IMG/VR virus record: IMGVR_UViG_3300008255_000101
Coordinates: 64,001 to 128,000 of that record
Strand: one strand, 5' to 3'
DNA length: 64,000 bases
Source: a virus
Below the pieces are notes generated by a model, which worked only from the letters and a program-made list of their open reading frames with translations, ran no database searches and was not told where the DNA came from. Of the stretch, positions 10,701 to 22,900 are shown piece by piece. Positions within the stretch are counted from its first letter, which is position 1, and each line of letters begins with the position of its first letter. A program made the position numbers and the translations under genes.

Positions 10701-11841
10701 CTTCTTCATGGGGTTTGCTAGGGGCTCTTACAGGCTCGGGGTCGGGGATGGGGCCATCTACTTTACCGGTGAGAAAGATTTTATTTCTCTGGTAATTGGC
10801 ATCCTCCGGGTAATGCATCAAAAACTCTTCTACCACTTCTAAGGACTTTTTGTATTCCCCCCTGTCGTGGTAAATCTTCATGAGCTTATCAAGTGGGTAC
10901 TTCTTATAAAAGGCGGGCTTAGCCCCAAAGAGCCCCTGGGGGTCCTTGGACTTGGCGGTGAGGAATAGTTGTTCGGCTTCCTGCACGTCCCCCTGATCCT
11001 GGTAATAGCACCCCAAGAAATAGTACACTTCGGCGTACTGGTTGGAGTACATGGAAGCTTTCCTCAAGAAGGACACCGCCGCCACCGTATCATTTTTTGA
11101 AAACGTGTAATAGTTGTACATCTTGAGACAAGCCACTACTTTGTTATGGGCATAATCGGTAGGGCCCTTCAGGTATTCCTCGAATATCTTGACGGCCTCT
11201 TCCTCTTTTTTGTTGTCCATTAAATCTTTGGCGTAGTAGAATTTTATACGAGGGGTAGCATCGCCTCTGTCGTACTCCTTCTTGAGTATCGTTAGGTTGC
11301 GGGTAGGATCGTACTCCCTAGTTCTACGATGGTCCACCGCGATATCCGGTCTTTCCAGTCTTCGGTGCCCGCCATGGGTCAGGATGTACTCGTGGATGGG
11401 GTCATACCACCTGAGATCCTTACCGTTACGGACTATTCTCTCACGGGGGAGCGTTACCGATGGGCGGCCCTGGTCGTCGTGGCCGTAATTGTAAGTGATG
11501 TAAACGTAATCGTACTGGTGAAGGGATTCCTTCATATCCAGAATTTTCTTGTAGTTGTCGGGGGTCAGCTCGTCGTCAGCGTCCAACCACATGAGGTAGT
11601 TGCCGGTAGCCTGATCAAAGCTAAAATTTCTAGCCGCCGAAAAGTCATGCACCCACTCGAACCGAGGGGTCTTGTCAGCATACTTGCGGGCTATGGCCTC
11701 TACCTCAGGATCCTCCTGAGTGAGTGCCACTACGATCTCATCGAACAAAGGACCTTGGACGCTCTTTAGGCATCTCTCCAATTCCTTGGATTCGTTTTTA
11801 CCGACTATGACGCAAAGGGACAGTTTAACCTGTTGACTCAT
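7792..11841 (-). CDS. Multidomain glycosyltransferase GT2-TPR-GT4-GT2-GT4
   Basis: GT2 (WVHDFSAARN, WLDADD), TPR-like helices, GT-B (KSNIKAAQAMAFGIPVVASP), second GT2 (VIPVYN, ILNSDV, GCEDLD) and second GT-B (YSSSPDRGL, ETFCITAVE). Confidence 0.9.
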   Translation of the reverse strand: MSQQVKLSLCVIVGKNESKELERCLKSVQGPLFDEIVVALTQEDPEVEAIARKYADKTPRFEWVHDFSAARNFSFDQATGNYLMWLDADDELTPDNYKKILDMKESLHQYDYVYITYNYGHDDQGRPSVTLPRERIVRNGKDLRWYDPIHEYILTHGGHRRLERPDIAVDHRRTREYDPTRNLTILKKEYDRGDATPRIKFYYAKDLMDNKKEEEAVKIFEEYLKGPTDYAHNKVVACLKMYNYYTFSKNDTVAAVSFLRKASMYSNQYAEVYYFLGCYYQDQGDVQEAEQLFLTAKSKDPQGLFGAKPAFYKKYPLDKLMKIYHDRGEYKKSLEVVEEFLMHYPEDANYQRNKIFLTGKVDGPIPDPEPVRAPSKPHEEVKVAWLLRYFNPVDPSQRIRRLNIHQEMQEQGVTSVLFTNYQKAERSWLLDQLSSSNVVVSSVFDEEEYGLIQDIQAKGIKVVVDLNEDLVGNPLVQKILGVADAVITCSSALLEKAKPFSKKLAVVEDAVEKVEKSHDHFLRRFDQDGVPLNPVALYMGMGGNSFLVTDYLKDVIAEAGYDLVVCTEWDNADEKWELETWQEVMSRADVVLCPQRVDVQPAKSNIKAAQAMAFGIPVVASPLPAYKEFIEPGRSGYICDGKGEWLQALRELKDIKKRIQVGLNGQDVAQKFSVDAITKKWVAKADQIVNSVPAALPAVPAVTAPAQPTESLALKQTVPIVIPVYNEVEYLKACVTSIHMNTLYPYHIVVSDAGSNEDTWAYLDTLKGITVLGSRGVRKNFSEAVNDGVSATGDSRFFVILNSDVLVSKGWLTNMVKKMETTDRLAVCGVLSNCDRGWLHSNPRDPQSPVFNMRLPSSGLELVPGMKYDQIIPRLDELNAFMENSNKELEGKYMDQAWVAYYATIFAKSAWNDVGYLDPQYQNGCEDLDHARRISKQGYRIGQSLDSFVYHFGGISRGAYQGENKESYDKEDAYNHQLFHKKWEKKEVVIYTGPAWEKWGREDVDMGMAGSETWAAELSAEFSKRGYRTTLFGDPKVEEIDRDGVSYLHHSRFKDYVEYRNIDMCILSRTCEPLKTFKMHTTNLYVMVHDVWLHHEKSYDTMKWAVKKFGVLSDWHQSFFGTHHSIPNDKMLMTFNGVRHDNYGDVDHSIKKNKMVYSSSPDRGLELLLHLLPEIRKEIPDFEIDVAYGFHNWESMAKTRGDQVGLDRIEAIKKQMKQPGVNYLGRINKKELATRQKESKIWAYPTWFSETFCITAVENGLAGNAVVTTPYGGLLTTLGPSGLFIKGPEGLEPHRWSGTPEYQGAFLREVIALLKDEDYRRVEADKVRDHVSQYTWERAADQWVQDSGI

Positions 11842-12010
11842 TTTCGGGTCCTTTCTCTGATATGTGATTTGATCGGAAATCCGCCAGTGCTCTTCGGGCT
11901 TCTTCTTGGGGATCCGTCATACGGGACGCAGCAAAAGACAAGAACCACTCTTTAAGTTGTGGGTCCACTCTGATAGACCACGTGGTCTTGCTGTTGTTTT
12001 TAGTCCGCAT
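11825..12010 (-). CDS. Ribbon-helix-helix (Arc/CopG-like) DNA-binding protein
   Basis: 61 aa, TTWSIRVDPQLKEWFLSFA strand-helix-helix pattern. Overlaps the GT start. Confidence 0.65.
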   Translation of the reverse strand: MRTKNNSKTTWSIRVDPQLKEWFLSFAASRMTDPQEEARRALADFRSNHISEKGPENESTG

Positions 12011-12030
12011 ACGTATACAAGTGCATACGT
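12011..12030. promoter_or_regulatory. Imperfect 20-bp palindrome, candidate RHH operator
   Basis: ACGTATACA-AG-TGCATACGT between the promoter motif and the RHH ATG. Confidence 0.5.
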
Positions 12031-12031
12031 T

Positions 12032-12044
12032 ATTAGAAGATTAT
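12032..12044 (-). promoter_or_regulatory. Putative late promoter motif
   Basis: ATAATCTTCTAAT, overlapping the TAA stop of 12041..12652. Confidence 0.7.
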
Positions 12045-12652
12045 CGGTTGTATGTTATAACGTCGGCAACGGTAAGCATGGTACGGTACCTTCCAAGTCT
12101 TTCCTCGGTGAAAAAAGTGTTGGGGGTGAAACCGTACAACCACATCACACTTTCCCTAAACGAACCCGTTAGCAGGAGAGGTACCAGCTGCATTGTCTGA
12201 GCAGCTATTTCCAAACTGGAGAAACCCTCCAAGCTAGGACTAGATATACACTCCTCTCGGAACAGGGCTATAAACTCAAAACCGACCATCATATTTTGAT
12301 TTACTTCCGTGGAGTTATCCACTACTGCCTGAAGCCGGGTGCAGTTGACCTGGTACTCGATCCTAAACCTTTCTTCTGTTACGAGCACACCAAAACAATC
12401 CAATACCTCGTGATCCCCGAAGGACTGCAAAACAAGGTACGCTTCGTTTACCCAAAATGTTTTAGAGTTGTAAATGCATGACCCATCTACAAAAGTTACA
12501 CGGCTTACGTAGTTCATGTCTTTAATGTCCTGTAAAAAGGTGTATGTGAAGCTATCATGGTCGGCTAGGGTGTTTATGTAGGACAGAGCTAAAGCTTGGG
12601 TGTCGAACTTTCCTACCAGAATGCCTGTGGTTTCGTTTAGTGCGTATATCAT
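12041..12652 (-). CDS. Hypothetical protein (possible fibre chaperone)
   Basis: 203-aa ORF at the end of the fibre operon. The function is positional inference only. Confidence 0.5.
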   Translation of the reverse strand: MIYALNETTGILVGKFDTQALALSYINTLADHDSFTYTFLQDIKDMNYVSRVTFVDGSCIYNSKTFWVNEAYLVLQSFGDHEVLDCFGVLVTEERFRIEYQVNCTRLQAVVDNSTEVNQNMMVGFEFIALFREECISSPSLEGFSSLEIAAQTMQLVPLLLTGSFRESVMWLYGFTPNTFFTEERLGRYRTMLTVADVITYNR

Positions 12653-13239
12653 TCCATTACCAGGGTTAGGGTTGGACGAGTGGCTGAGGACGTGGAGGCT
12701 ACATTAGCATTGCCGCCCGTGGATAGAGACCATTCATATACGTCCCAAGTGTTACTTGTACCTACCCCTACGATTTTTTTAGTCGTGTAGCGCTCCCCCA
12801 ACCAAAACAAGTAGGTAGTGCCGGAAGTCAAAGTAGCCCGAGACCCTGAGGCCCATGTTTTGGTGTGGGTGTACTTTGTATCCGCTCCCAAGGTCCCCCC
12901 GTTAACAAACGACACACCCGATGTGGAATTGATACCGATAAACCCAGCAAGGGGTACGGCGTTACTGCCAGACGCTGTCCATATACCCCAGCAGTAGTTA
13001 TACGCCTGGGTGGTGTTGTAGGTCATGGACATGGATACTAGAACTTGATTCGACGGGGGGGTGTACTCCACAAAAAGGGCATAAGCCGAGCTATCCAACC
13101 ACTCTTCTGTAGGGCCGGCGCCCACCTCCCAAAGTATATCCCCTCCCCTAACAACCTGAACGATGTTGTTAGAACCCAGGGCGATCTCGCTCACCCCGGC
13201 TGTGAAAGAATCCATTTGGATGTTAGTAATACTGGCCAT
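12649..13239 (-). CDS. Ser/Thr/Gly-rich beta-sandwich fibre-tip-like protein
   Basis: Composition, and position immediately after the collagen/GH8 protein. Confidence 0.5.
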   Translation of the reverse strand: MASITNIQMDSFTAGVSEIALGSNNIVQVVRGGDILWEVGAGPTEEWLDSSAYALFVEYTPPSNQVLVSMSMTYNTTQAYNYCWGIWTASGSNAVPLAGFIGINSTSGVSFVNGGTLGADTKYTHTKTWASGSRATLTSGTTYLFWLGERYTTKKIVGVGTSNTWDVYEWSLSTGGNANVASTSSATRPTLTLVME

Positions 13240-13240
13240 A

Positions 13241-15814
13241 TTAACCTATGAGGAAATACATCCTACCCGCTATACGGGATGATACTGCGGGCATAGCTGT
13301 TACCACTTCGATGGAGCTTACCGGGTAGGAGGATCCCGTGGCGCCGGCTACAAATAAAGCTGTGGACGGTGTAGCCCCTGTAACTCCCCTAAGACCTGTG
13401 ACGCCTTGAAGTCCGGCACCCGTCAACCCCCTTAAGCCCGTCAGTCCTCGCAAACCCGTAACTCCCCTTAATCCCGTAACACCCTGGATACCCTGGATAC
13501 CCTGGATACCCTGGATACCCGTTACTCCCTGAATACCTACACCTGTTAATCCTCTGAGACCAGTTACTCCGGGTACACCCTGTAAGCCGGTTACTCCTTG
13601 GGTACCTATCCCTGTAGCTCCCGGAGTCCCTGCTAACCCGGTCACACCCCGTAACCCCGAACCAGTGGCCCCCTGAGGCCCAAGTAGACCAGTGACCCCC
13701 TGAGGTCCCGTGACACCTCCTGATGAGTTACCCGTCACAGACGTCCAGGTGTTAGCACCCCAAGTCAGACCCTGCACGGATCTGTAGTTGATAGCGCCTG
13801 AGCTATTAAAGGAAACCTGCATGCGGTACGGATTACTCCCGTCATCCGGGGGTATGAAGTTCAGGACATAAGTCGTCTCCATAGCCCCCGTAGCGGTGGA
13901 CTCCTTCTGCAGGTCACCGTTTATGGAACCCATACCAAACGACTTTATGGATAAGTAAAAATAGTCAGTATCATCGAAAGTGTTACCCACGGCAGCTTGC
14001 ATAGCATCGTTGGCTACGGCCTCCGAAACTGTGGCGCATAATCTCATGGGTGCCAGTATCGATAGCATCCCCAAGGAGTCCAAATGGGTACCGAAGCTCC
14101 CAGTCACGTCGATTACCAGGGCGCAAGCCGCTACGGGGTCGGCGTCCGATATGCAGGATAACAACGTGGCGTTAGTAGCTATGTTGTTTAGATAGGTATA
14201 CACGGCGGGGTCCCCATAGGCGTCATAGGCACTCACTAGCTGCTGCAGCACCCTACAGGCATCATAACCGTGCCCCTTAACACTCGACCCCGCTATGTCA
14301 TTACCGTCGTAGTCACACCAGTTACTGGGTAACCCGTACATGGCCGAATTCTTAGTCTGGTTCTGCTGGAGCAACCATAGCCCATCGTCGTAGACAGTGT
14401 CCCAACCCCTGCTGGGGTCTTGTAGAGAGAACGTGCGTATCGCTTCCAAGTCGATGTAGGAAGGATTGCAGTAGCTGTTCCAGCTATCCCCGGGCCCTAT
14501 CAACCTTTTTGTACCGCTCCCTGTGGTAGCATTGAATGTGTCAAAGTTGTAGATGTTGGCCAGCATGCTTAGGGCATCAGCCTTGTGGGAAGCGTCACCA
14601 AATTTCCCATACATGGTGAATAATATTTGGGCCACATGGATATCCGCATCGGAAGCTGAACCTGATCCCGTAACAGTACCCGTAAAACCTTGCACCTGCC
14701 AGTTCATCAGACCGCGGCTGCTTAGGTTGTCATTCCAGTATGCAAAAAGTTTGTTGAACTTTGTAACATAGGGCGATGAGGGGGAGTCAGCCACGAAAGC
14801 AGCAAGCATCATACCGTAGGAAATACCCTCAGATACAGTGAGTTCGCCAGTGAGGTGGTTTTCATCTATCCATTTTATACGGGCTAGCGTGCCGTCCACA
14901 TTCTCTTCGTAGAACTGGGTGAACCAGGAATCCACGTAGTCCTTGAACTGCTGAGAGTACGTGGCGTGGTTTTGGAAGGTTATGCCGTGGGAGTACATAT
15001 AGCCCGTTCCGTTTAGGACCACTTTGTACACTGTGAAGTTAGATGTGGTCTGCTCCGTGTCGTACTGGAACTGAAGCCCCACTAACTCGCTCAGGGGTAT
15101 GTCCCTAACGGTTCCAAAACCCGAAGGTTGGGCAAAATCGGACCACACTAACTCTAGAGTGGATTCCGCAGCTGCTATGGGTAAAGTTGTGAACCAGGAG
15201 GCTCCGTCCCCAGACAAATGGTCCCGGAGTTGCAGCTTTAGGGCTGTGTCCGATTTATAGGTTACAGTGACACCCATGTAGGTGCTAATGTCCACCGTAG
15301 GCTTGTCAGGTAAGGCCAGTGCCGAGGATTCCTTAAAGTCGAAATTAACACCACCGTAGGGGTACTGCCCCGCGCCGGAATTACCCAATAGGGCTACTGT
15401 TACGGCTAGGGACCCAGTGTCCAATTGTTGTTGTAGATCCCCGACGGCCGGGTCCACGGTAGAACCCAAAGCGTCAATGAAAGACACCCAGTTACCAATG
15501 GTAGCACCTGATGAGTCCCTGCAAAGTATTGGTAGGCTATTGCAATCGGTTAGTACCACATCATTAGTATTCTGGGGATATGTGTAAGTGGGTACAGTCA
15601 CAGACCCAGTCTTGGTGTCAGACAGGTATAACCCTGGCCCCGTGGCCCCGTTTGGGTCACTTTGCATCTGGGCCACTAGCTCATTAGCACTTAGAGCGTG
15701 CCAAGCACTTAGGGCCTCATGGTACTCAAATTTTGTATCCCCCACAACACCTACTGTCAAGTCTGCAGGGGAGTCTGCTTTTAGTGCCTCTATGCTCTCA
15801 TAAACTACGATCAT
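13241..15814 (-). CDS. CBM11/CIA30-like + GH8 glycoside hydrolase + collagen-like fibre protein
   Basis: CBM11-like ([33 protein letters not shown]). GH8 motifs [42 protein letters not shown]-terminal G-x-T/G-x-Q collagen triplets. Confidence 0.85.
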   Translation of the reverse strand: MIVVYESIEALKADSPADLTVGVVGDTKFEYHEALSAWHALSANELVAQMQSDPNGATGPGLYLSDTKTGSVTVPTYTYPQNTNDVVLTDCNSLPILCRDSSGATIGNWVSFIDALGSTVDPAVGDLQQQLDTGSLAVTVALLGNSGAGQYPYGGVNFDFKESSALALPDKPTVDISTYMGVTVTYKSDTALKLQLRDHLSGDGASWFTTLPIAAAESTLELVWSDFAQPSGFGTVRDIPLSELVGLQFQYDTEQTTSNFTVYKVVLNGTGYMYSHGITFQNHATYSQQFKDYVDSWFTQFYEENVDGTLARIKWIDENHLTGELTVSEGISYGMMLAAFVADSPSSPYVTKFNKLFAYWNDNLSSRGLMNWQVQGFTGTVTGSGSASDADIHVAQILFTMYGKFGDASHKADALSMLANIYNFDTFNATTGSGTKRLIGPGDSWNSYCNPSYIDLEAIRTFSLQDPSRGWDTVYDDGLWLLQQNQTKNSAMYGLPSNWCDYDGNDIAGSSVKGHGYDACRVLQQLVSAYDAYGDPAVYTYLNNIATNATLLSCISDADPVAACALVIDVTGSFGTHLDSLGMLSILAPMRLCATVSEAVANDAMQAAVGNTFDDTDYFYLSIKSFGMGSINGDLQKESTATGAMETTYVLNFIPPDDGSNPYRMQVSFNSSGAINYRSVQGLTWGANTWTSVTGNSSGGVTGPQGVTGLLGPQGATGSGLRGVTGLAGTPGATGIGTQGVTGLQGVPGVTGLRGLTGVGIQGVTGIQGIQGIQGIQGVTGLRGVTGLRGLTGLRGLTGAGLQGVTGLRGVTGATPSTALFVAGATGSSYPVSSIEVVTAMPAVSSRIAGRMYFLIG
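13375..13715 (-). repeat. Collagen-like coding repeat ([12 protein letters not shown])
   Basis: 9/18-nt periodic sequence. Boundaries approximate. Confidence 0.85.
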
Positions 15815-18800
15815 GCTTTGATCCCCACGAAGTATCTAGTTGTGGACTCATTTCCCGCTGTCAGGGTACTGGCCGGAGGAGTGCTCTGGTTATCAAATTT
15901 CATTGCAAGGTACGGCGCTATATTGAAATTAGAAGCAGCCGATACCCCCGCGAATACGGGGGAGTTCATAGTGGTTACTATGCCCAGGTAGTAGATGCTG
16001 CCTCCCGTCAAAGTGTATGTAGACCCCGATACGAAATTACTGAGGGTGTAGCTCCTTAAACCAGCGGAAGGGTTTGTGTTTATAGACGTGTAGGCTACCA
16101 ACGACAGGGTGCTGCCTGACAGGGAGTACAGGACATAGTATAGATCTCCCCCTGATGGCTGTATCAGGAGGGCTTCCATTGTTGACGTCGTGGTGATAGC
16201 CATATCCCCGCTTGGTATCATTATGCTCAGGTGCATGGTGCGGGTATTGACGGTAAGTGCCGCTGCAGATATAGCCGAAGCTGGCAGTAGCGTCCTTTCG
16301 TAGGCTACAGAACCTCCTCCTCCAGACGGTCCCGTAGATCCGGGTACACCGGTTACTCCCTGGGTACCAGTATAACCTACACCAGTTACACCCTGGCTAC
16401 CCTGCAGACCTGTGACACCACGTAAACCAGTTAAGCCCCTAATGCCTGTAACACCCTGAACACCAGTGGCACCCTGGGGACCTGTGGACCCTTCGGCACC
16501 AGCCGCTGAAGCAGATGCGGCTCTTGAGATAGTCAGGTTATCTACACGGTATAGAGACCAGTTCCCGCCCTGGTAGTAGATAATGACGCGAGCCATAAAG
16601 GTGTATTCCAGAGAGAAACTAGGGAAATCCCCTAGTGCTAAACTCTGGGCGCTAAGAGCTTCCTGGCTACTGGCACTTCCTGCGGATTGACCCTGTATCC
16701 ATAGATACCTCTTGGCTTGGCTAACTGCATCTGCCGCAGCGGGTACCCCCATTAGCCATACGGCCATGTAGGTATTATTTGACATGGGGGTCTGTGTCCA
16801 GGTACCTCCCGAGTTCTGGTTATAGAACGGCGTGTTTCCGCTTAGCGGGACTATGTCAGACGCAGTCGTATTAAATGTAGCTGTACCTGTTCCTGTCCCC
16901 GTGAGGGAGTATTGGCAGTAAACACCACTTGTTAGTGCTGTGGACAGGGTGAGTAGGTCCTCGTCCTTGATGACTGTAGACGCTACATCCGGCCTTCTAT
17001 CGGCCACGGTGGTACTAGCCAAAACATAGTTACTGAGGGAACCACCTGACTCCCTGTAAGTACCCACCACCTCATGGAACTCTCTATGATCCTCCCACGG
17101 CATGGCCAACCCGTGACACTCCCTAATGGAGTATAGGTAGGTACCTGCGCTGTTATACACCACATAGGTTATCTGCAGCATGTCAAAGGACCACGGTGTG
17201 GTGTCCCACACGTAGGACGTACCATTATAATAAAGGAACAGAGGGGCCGTTGGGGATGCCGAGTGGGCGGGGGACACCCACCCGCTAGTAAGATCTGGTA
17301 TTAGTACACCCCGCCAATAGGCTTTAAACGTGCCAGTAAGTGCTACAGTACGGGAGGCGGAGTTGTAAGTTACTACGGGGGCCGACGTATCGTCAAAACC
17401 AGTGGGGTCTTTTAGAAGATCCTCATAACCAGTGGCTACACCAGTGGCGCCCTGGATACCGGTGTTACCCTGAGATCCGGTGTACCCCTGGATTCCTGTG
17501 GCACCCTGCACGCCTGTTGTTCCTTGAATACCTTGGGCTCCAGTAGTTCCTTGGGTACCTTGAACTCCTGTTGCTCCCTGAATACCTTGGGCTCCAGTAG
17601 CACCTTGGGTACCTTGAACTCCTGTGGTACCCTGAATGCCTGTTTCCCCTTGGATTCCCTGAATACCTTGGATTCCTTGAATTCCTTGGACTCCTGTTGT
17701 TCCTTGAATACCTTGAACACCAGTTGCTCCTTGAATACCCTGAATACCTGTGGCACCCTGGATTCCTTGTACACCAGTTGCTCCTTGAATACCCTGAACA
17801 CCAGTAGCACCCTGAATACCTTGGGCTCCAGTAGCACCCTGAATACCTTGGATTCCTTGAACGCCTGTAGATCCCTGGATTCCTTGAACCCCCGTCGACC
17901 CTTGGATACCCTGAACACCAGTTGTTCCTTGTACTCCTGTGGCACCTTGGATACCTTGGACTCCAGTTGCTCCTTGAGCGCCTGTTTCCCCTTGGATGCC
18001 CTGTACGCCAGTAGCACCCTGGATTCCTTGAACACCAGTAGTTCCTTGTAAACCAGTTACGCCCTGGCTACCGGTGTTACCTTGAACGCCTGTAGATCCC
18101 TGGACACCTGTTGTCCCTTGGGCACCCTGAACACCAGTAGCGCCTTGGGCACCTGTACTCCCTACGAAGTCCGCCCAGTACATAGTAGTGCCATCGTAGG
18201 TCAGGGCCTGGCCCAACGTGGGGTTTAGACCTGTTAGGCCCATTAGCAACTGGGCATAAATGACACCCTCTTTGGTCCACCTTCCCGTAACTACATTGTT
18301 GAAATCTTCTATTTCTAGGACTGCCCCACCGGTAATACCCGTCCCGTCCGCTATAGTTAAGGGTCCACCTAAGATGCTAGTAACTATCTCTGGGTCAGGT
18401 GAGTTGTCGTAGGCCTTTTGTAAAGTGGTAACGCCCACTGCACCAGCTCCTGCCACAACCTCACCTAATTTGGAGACACCTACGAAGGAGGCCTCTGTGG
18501 GGTCACTTAGGGAGGTGGCACCCTGCTGCACAGCCAGAACTCCGTATAGGGTGGCGTTTTCTTCTACGTCCTTCAACTTATTAAACACTTCTCTCTCCAC
18601 ACCCGCTACGGAATCTGCCAGGTTACCGTACACCTGCTGACCGTACTGCACAACGGTTCTGCCCGAGGCATACAAATAAAATCTCTGATTTGTGAATTTG
18701 TTGTTGGGTACGGCAGTTTTGGTACCGTTTAAATCGTAGAAGTTGGGGGAGATAAAAGTGGTAGGAGATTCCTCAGTGTTTGGGTCCTGGGTAGTGTAGC

Positions 18801-19917
18801 TAAATGTCAGGGGGGTAGCGACTGGGATCCCCTTAGTGTGGAGGTCCTTCACTTCTGTGCCGAAGTTTATACCGTTTCCAAACAGCGTACCCTCAGACTT
18901 GTTTAACCTAAGGTCCCCATCGTGTGGGGATAGCACGTTACCGCTTACATTTATGAACCCTAGTGCGGCCATAAAATCTCTTAACTGGGAGAAAGGTGAT
19001 ACAGACACATCTGGTTGCGTGTTAGCTACAGTTATGCTCGTGCGGTTTCTGTGCACCACCTTACCCAGCCAAACGTAATCCCTTCTTTCTGCGTTGGTGG
19101 GCTTGGTTGCGTAACTCAGCACGTTGTACTCTTTGTCCAGCAATACGTAGGTACTGTCCTGCGTAGCTAAGTTCGGAGGGGACACCCCCGTGGTACCGTT
19201 CCACTTTAGCTCTGTAATCGACGGAAAGTCGGGGTTAGACCAATCGTCTACCACAATAGCGGTTCCACTAGCTATGTCGTATTTTGTGCTGTCCAAGGGA
19301 TTGATTGATAGGGCCCCTCCTTCTATTAATCCTGTGGAATTGGACCACAAGGATCCCTTACTCATGTGGTCTAGGGGTAACCTGCCTACAGTGTCCAATG
19401 GGGCTATGCCACCCGAAGCTCCCACAGCCGCGTCAAAGGTATCAAACGCTCTCTGGACCTGGGTGTCCGCGACCGAAAGAATATTCGCGAAATTGCTTGT
19501 GTCCAGAGATATACCACTGGCGCCTTGGTGTTCTCCAACGTAGGTCATTACTGCCTGGCTGGTGGGGATAGCCGTGGACGGGCCTGTCTCGCCTAGTACG
19601 AGAACTTCACTAACTAGCACTATCTCTGAAGGCTTACTGTCCAACCCTATCAAGGCCTTGTATGCCTCGGTTCCTTTGGAACTGAGAAAGTTAGCGGTCT
19701 TGTCCGTTAGGGTATACCTGTCTTGTCCAGTTATCTCCTGGCCATCCATATCCCATAAACTTACGTTACCCTGAGTTATGGCGCTAAGGAGGTCACCCGC
19801 AAAATTTCCAAAAATTAGGGTATTGTAAAAGACTTCCTTCGTTTCCCCTGTAGCAAATGTCACCCCGTTAAGACTAAGGGGCGCTCCGCTGGTATTCTCT
19901 ATACTTTTGATTTCCAT
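15811..19917 (-). CDS. Collagen-like fibre protein (1368 aa)
   Basis: Long (GATGVQGIQ)n block flanked by two related globular domains, plus a second short collagen block. Confidence 0.85.
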   Translation of the reverse strand: MEIKSIENTSGAPLSLNGVTFATGETKEVFYNTLIFGNFAGDLLSAITQGNVSLWDMDGQEITGQDRYTLTDKTANFLSSKGTEAYKALIGLDSKPSEIVLVSEVLVLGETGPSTAIPTSQAVMTYVGEHQGASGISLDTSNFANILSVADTQVQRAFDTFDAAVGASGGIAPLDTVGRLPLDHMSKGSLWSNSTGLIEGGALSINPLDSTKYDIASGTAIVVDDWSNPDFPSITELKWNGTTGVSPPNLATQDSTYVLLDKEYNVLSYATKPTNAERRDYVWLGKVVHRNRTSITVANTQPDVSVSPFSQLRDFMAALGFINVSGNVLSPHDGDLRLNKSEGTLFGNGINFGTEVKDLHTKGIPVATPLTFSYTTQDPNTEESPTTFISPNFYDLNGTKTAVPNNKFTNQRFYLYASGRTVVQYGQQVYGNLADSVAGVEREVFNKLKDVEENATLYGVLAVQQGATSLSDPTEASFVGVSKLGEVVAGAGAVGVTTLQKAYDNSPDPEIVTSILGGPLTIADGTGITGGAVLEIEDFNNVVTGRWTKEGVIYAQLLMGLTGLNPTLGQALTYDGTTMYWADFVGSTGAQGATGVQGAQGTTGVQGSTGVQGNTGSQGVTGLQGTTGVQGIQGATGVQGIQGETGAQGATGVQGIQGATGVQGTTGVQGIQGSTGVQGIQGSTGVQGIQGIQGATGAQGIQGATGVQGIQGATGVQGIQGATGIQGIQGATGVQGIQGTTGVQGIQGIQGIQGIQGETGIQGTTGVQGTQGATGAQGIQGATGVQGTQGTTGAQGIQGTTGVQGATGIQGYTGSQGNTGIQGATGVATGYEDLLKDPTGFDDTSAPVVTYNSASRTVALTGTFKAYWRGVLIPDLTSGWVSPAHSASPTAPLFLYYNGTSYVWDTTPWSFDMLQITYVVYNSAGTYLYSIRECHGLAMPWEDHREFHEVVGTYRESGGSLSNYVLASTTVADRRPDVASTVIKDEDLLTLSTALTSGVYCQYSLTGTGTGTATFNTTASDIVPLSGNTPFYNQNSGGTWTQTPMSNNTYMAVWLMGVPAAADAVSQAKRYLWIQGQSAGSASSQEALSAQSLALGDFPSFSLEYTFMARVIIYYQGGNWSLYRVDNLTISRAASASAAGAEGSTGPQGATGVQGVTGIRGLTGLRGVTGLQGSQGVTGVGYTGTQGVTGVPGSTGPSGGGGSVAYERTLLPASAISAAALTVNTRTMHLSIMIPSGDMAITTTSTMEALLIQPSGGDLYYVLYSLSGSTLSLVAYTSINTNPSAGLRSYTLSNFVSGSTYTLTGGSIYYLGIVTTMNSPVFAGVSAASNFNIAPYLAMKFDNQSTPPASTLTAGNESTTRYFVGIKA
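17440..18160 (-). repeat. Collagen-like coding repeat (GATGVQGIQ)n
   Basis: 18/27-nt periodic tandem repeats. Boundaries approximate. Confidence 0.85.
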
Positions 19918-19926
19918 AATACAGCC

Positions 19927-22900
19927 TTAGGGGGTCTCTGGATCAGTGCTCTCGAACACAAGATTGAGCATGAATCTAGCCGCAGCATTTATTTGATTAT
20001 TATTACTGCCTAAATTCGTGAACTGCCACCCAATCATGTCGTTAGCATTTCCTGTTATTCCTGTTATTCCTACGGCACTTACCTCTTGGTAAGCGGTAGT
20101 TCCCAAATTATTGTAGATACCGCACAGGGTTGGGTTGATATCGAGATCGATACTACCTATGGAGGTTCGGGAGGTACCGTCAAGCACGAATAACTCAATC
20201 CTTATCTTCGGGGAAGTACCCACCGTGCCCTGAGCAACAGCACACCTGGCTATGTGGCCATAGGCCGCTACCAACTTCCACCCGAAAGGAGTGACGTAGG
20301 GGTGAACACCTCCGTCCTGAAACTGTATGGAGCTATGTGTAAGTGGGGCCCCAAATGGATTGGCATTTCCAGATTGGATGGAGAAGTACCCCAGGGTACT
20401 AGACGCTTGTCCCATCATACCTGATAGCACGTAATCCCTAGGACGAGGACCTTGGCCTACGGGGCCAGTCTCACCCTGGGATCCGGTTTCTCCCTGTATG
20501 CCCGTGGCGCCTATCAATCCTGTTACGCCCTGGATACCCTGTACACCGGTAACGCCCTGGGCACCTGTGGCTCCTTGCACACCAGTCACACCCATCAGTC
20601 CCGTACTTCCGTCAGGTCCCGCATTACCAGTTATACCCTGGTACCCCGTGGCACCATCGGGACCCACGGACCCAGTCAGTCCATCCTCACCCGTCACACC
20701 TTGAGTGCCGTTGGCTCCTGTGATGCCTTGGACTCCCTGGATACCGTTGGCACCTGTTAAACCTTGTACGCCCTGAGAACCTGTCACACCCTGGACACCC
20801 ACAGCACCAGTGATACCCTGTATTCCTTGAGTACCCGTGACACCCTGGGTTCCCGTGCTACCCTGGACTCCGTTAGCACCTGTGGTGCCACGTAAACCTG
20901 TAATACCCTGAAGCCCTGTGATGCCCTGAGAACCGGTGATGCCCTGCACCCCGTCGAGTCCCGTGACACCCCGTGTACCCTCGGCGCCGGTGATTCCCTG
21001 TGTGCCATCGGCGCCGGTGATTCCCTGTACTCCATCAGTCCCAGTAATACCCTGGACACCGTCCGCTCCTGTGACACCGCGGAAACCTGTCAGTCCTTGT
21101 ACTCCGTTGGTACCCGTGATACCCTGGGTACCGGCTATGCCTTGAGTACCGGTAACACCCTGAAGGCCCTGAAGACCGGTGATACCGTCAAAACCAGTAT
21201 CCCCCTGGGATCCCTTTTCGCCAGTGATTCCCTGGGCACCGTCCGTTCCTGTAACACCCTGGATACCGTTGGCGCCTGTGGTGCCCTGCACTCCCGCGAT
21301 CCCCGTGATACCCTGCACACCCGCGGCACCAGTAGCACCCTGAAGGCCTTGAGTACCTGTGATACCGCCGAACCCAGTATCCCCCTGAGGACCCTGGTCA
21401 CCTGTGATGCCTTGAACACCGTCAGTACCAGTGGTTCCCTGCTCCCCTGCCACACCTTGTTGCCCTGTAATTCCTTGGACACCGCTTGCGCCCGTAATTC
21501 CTCTAATACCGGTGATGCCCTGGGTACCCGTATTACCTTGGGTACCAGTAACCCCTTGGTTACCGCTAGCACCAGTAATACCCATTAGACCGGTGATACC
21601 AGGTAAGCCGGTCTCTCCCTGAATGCCTTGTTCACCCGTGATACCCTGAGGACCTTGAGACCCAGTTATGCCTTGGGCGCCCGGAGAACCTGTTTCACCC
21701 GCAGGACCATAGGGTCCCGTTACTCCTTGGGAACCCGTGGTACCCTGTATACCCGTAGGTCCTTGGGAACCTGTGGCCCCCACCCCGGTGGATCCTTGGA
21801 TACCTTGGGTACCAGTCTCTCCTTGGGTACCAATACCTGTTTCACCTTGAACGCCTGTTTCTCCCTGGACGCCCGTTAATCCCTGGGACCCGGTGGCTCC
21901 TTGAATACCCTGAACACCAGTAGCGCCTTGAACACCAGTAGCTCCTTGAATACCCTGAACGCCTGTTGCTCCTTGAATACCCCGAACACCGGTAGCACCT
22001 TGAATGCCCTGAACACCGGTAGCACCCATTAAGCCCGTTGACCCATCGGGGCCGGGATTACCTGTGATACCCTCGAACCCAGTAATACCCTGAACACCGT
22101 CCACGCCTGTTATACCGCGGAAACCTGTAGGACCCTGGGCTCCCTCAGCACCTGTTAGACCGGCAGGTCCTGAAGGGCCTGTAAGACCTCTTGCACCTGT
22201 GTCCCCTTGGACGCCTTCAATACCCGTGAGACCCTGTAATCCAGTGTCGCCTTGAACACCATCAACACCTGTGAGGCCCTGTGCCCCCGTATCCCCTTGG
22301 ACGCCTTCCGAACCTGTGGCTCCTGCGGACCCCGTGATGCCCTGGGCACCAGTGTCCCCTTGTACGCCATCTACACCTGTAGGGCCCTGAACGCCCGTGT
22401 CACCCTGTACGCCTTCTGACCCGGTAACACCTTGAGCACCTGTGGCTCCCACACCCGTGGCGCCTGGGATACCCTGAATACCAGTTTCACCTTGGGTCCC
22501 TACACCAGTTTCACCTTGGGTACCTGTGGCACCCATTAAACCTGTGGATCCGTCTGGACCAGGGTTACCCGTGATACCGTTGAAACCTGTTAAACCCTGG
22601 ATACCGTCGGTACCAGTTATGCCTCGGAAACCTGTTAAGCCCTGGATACCGTTGGCACCGGTAATTCCGGTTACTCCCGTGATACCTTGGAGACCCGTTA
22701 GGCCTTGTTCGCCCTGGACACCGTTGAAACCGGTGGTTCCTTGAACACCGCTGCCACCTGTTATGCCCTGGAGACCAGTAGAACCCTGAGTGCCCTGTTC
22801 GCCAGTAATACCCTGGGGTCCCTGGGAACCGGTAATACCCTGAGCACCGGGGGAACCTGTTTCTCCAGCGGGACCGTAGGGACCTGTTTCTCCAGCGGGA

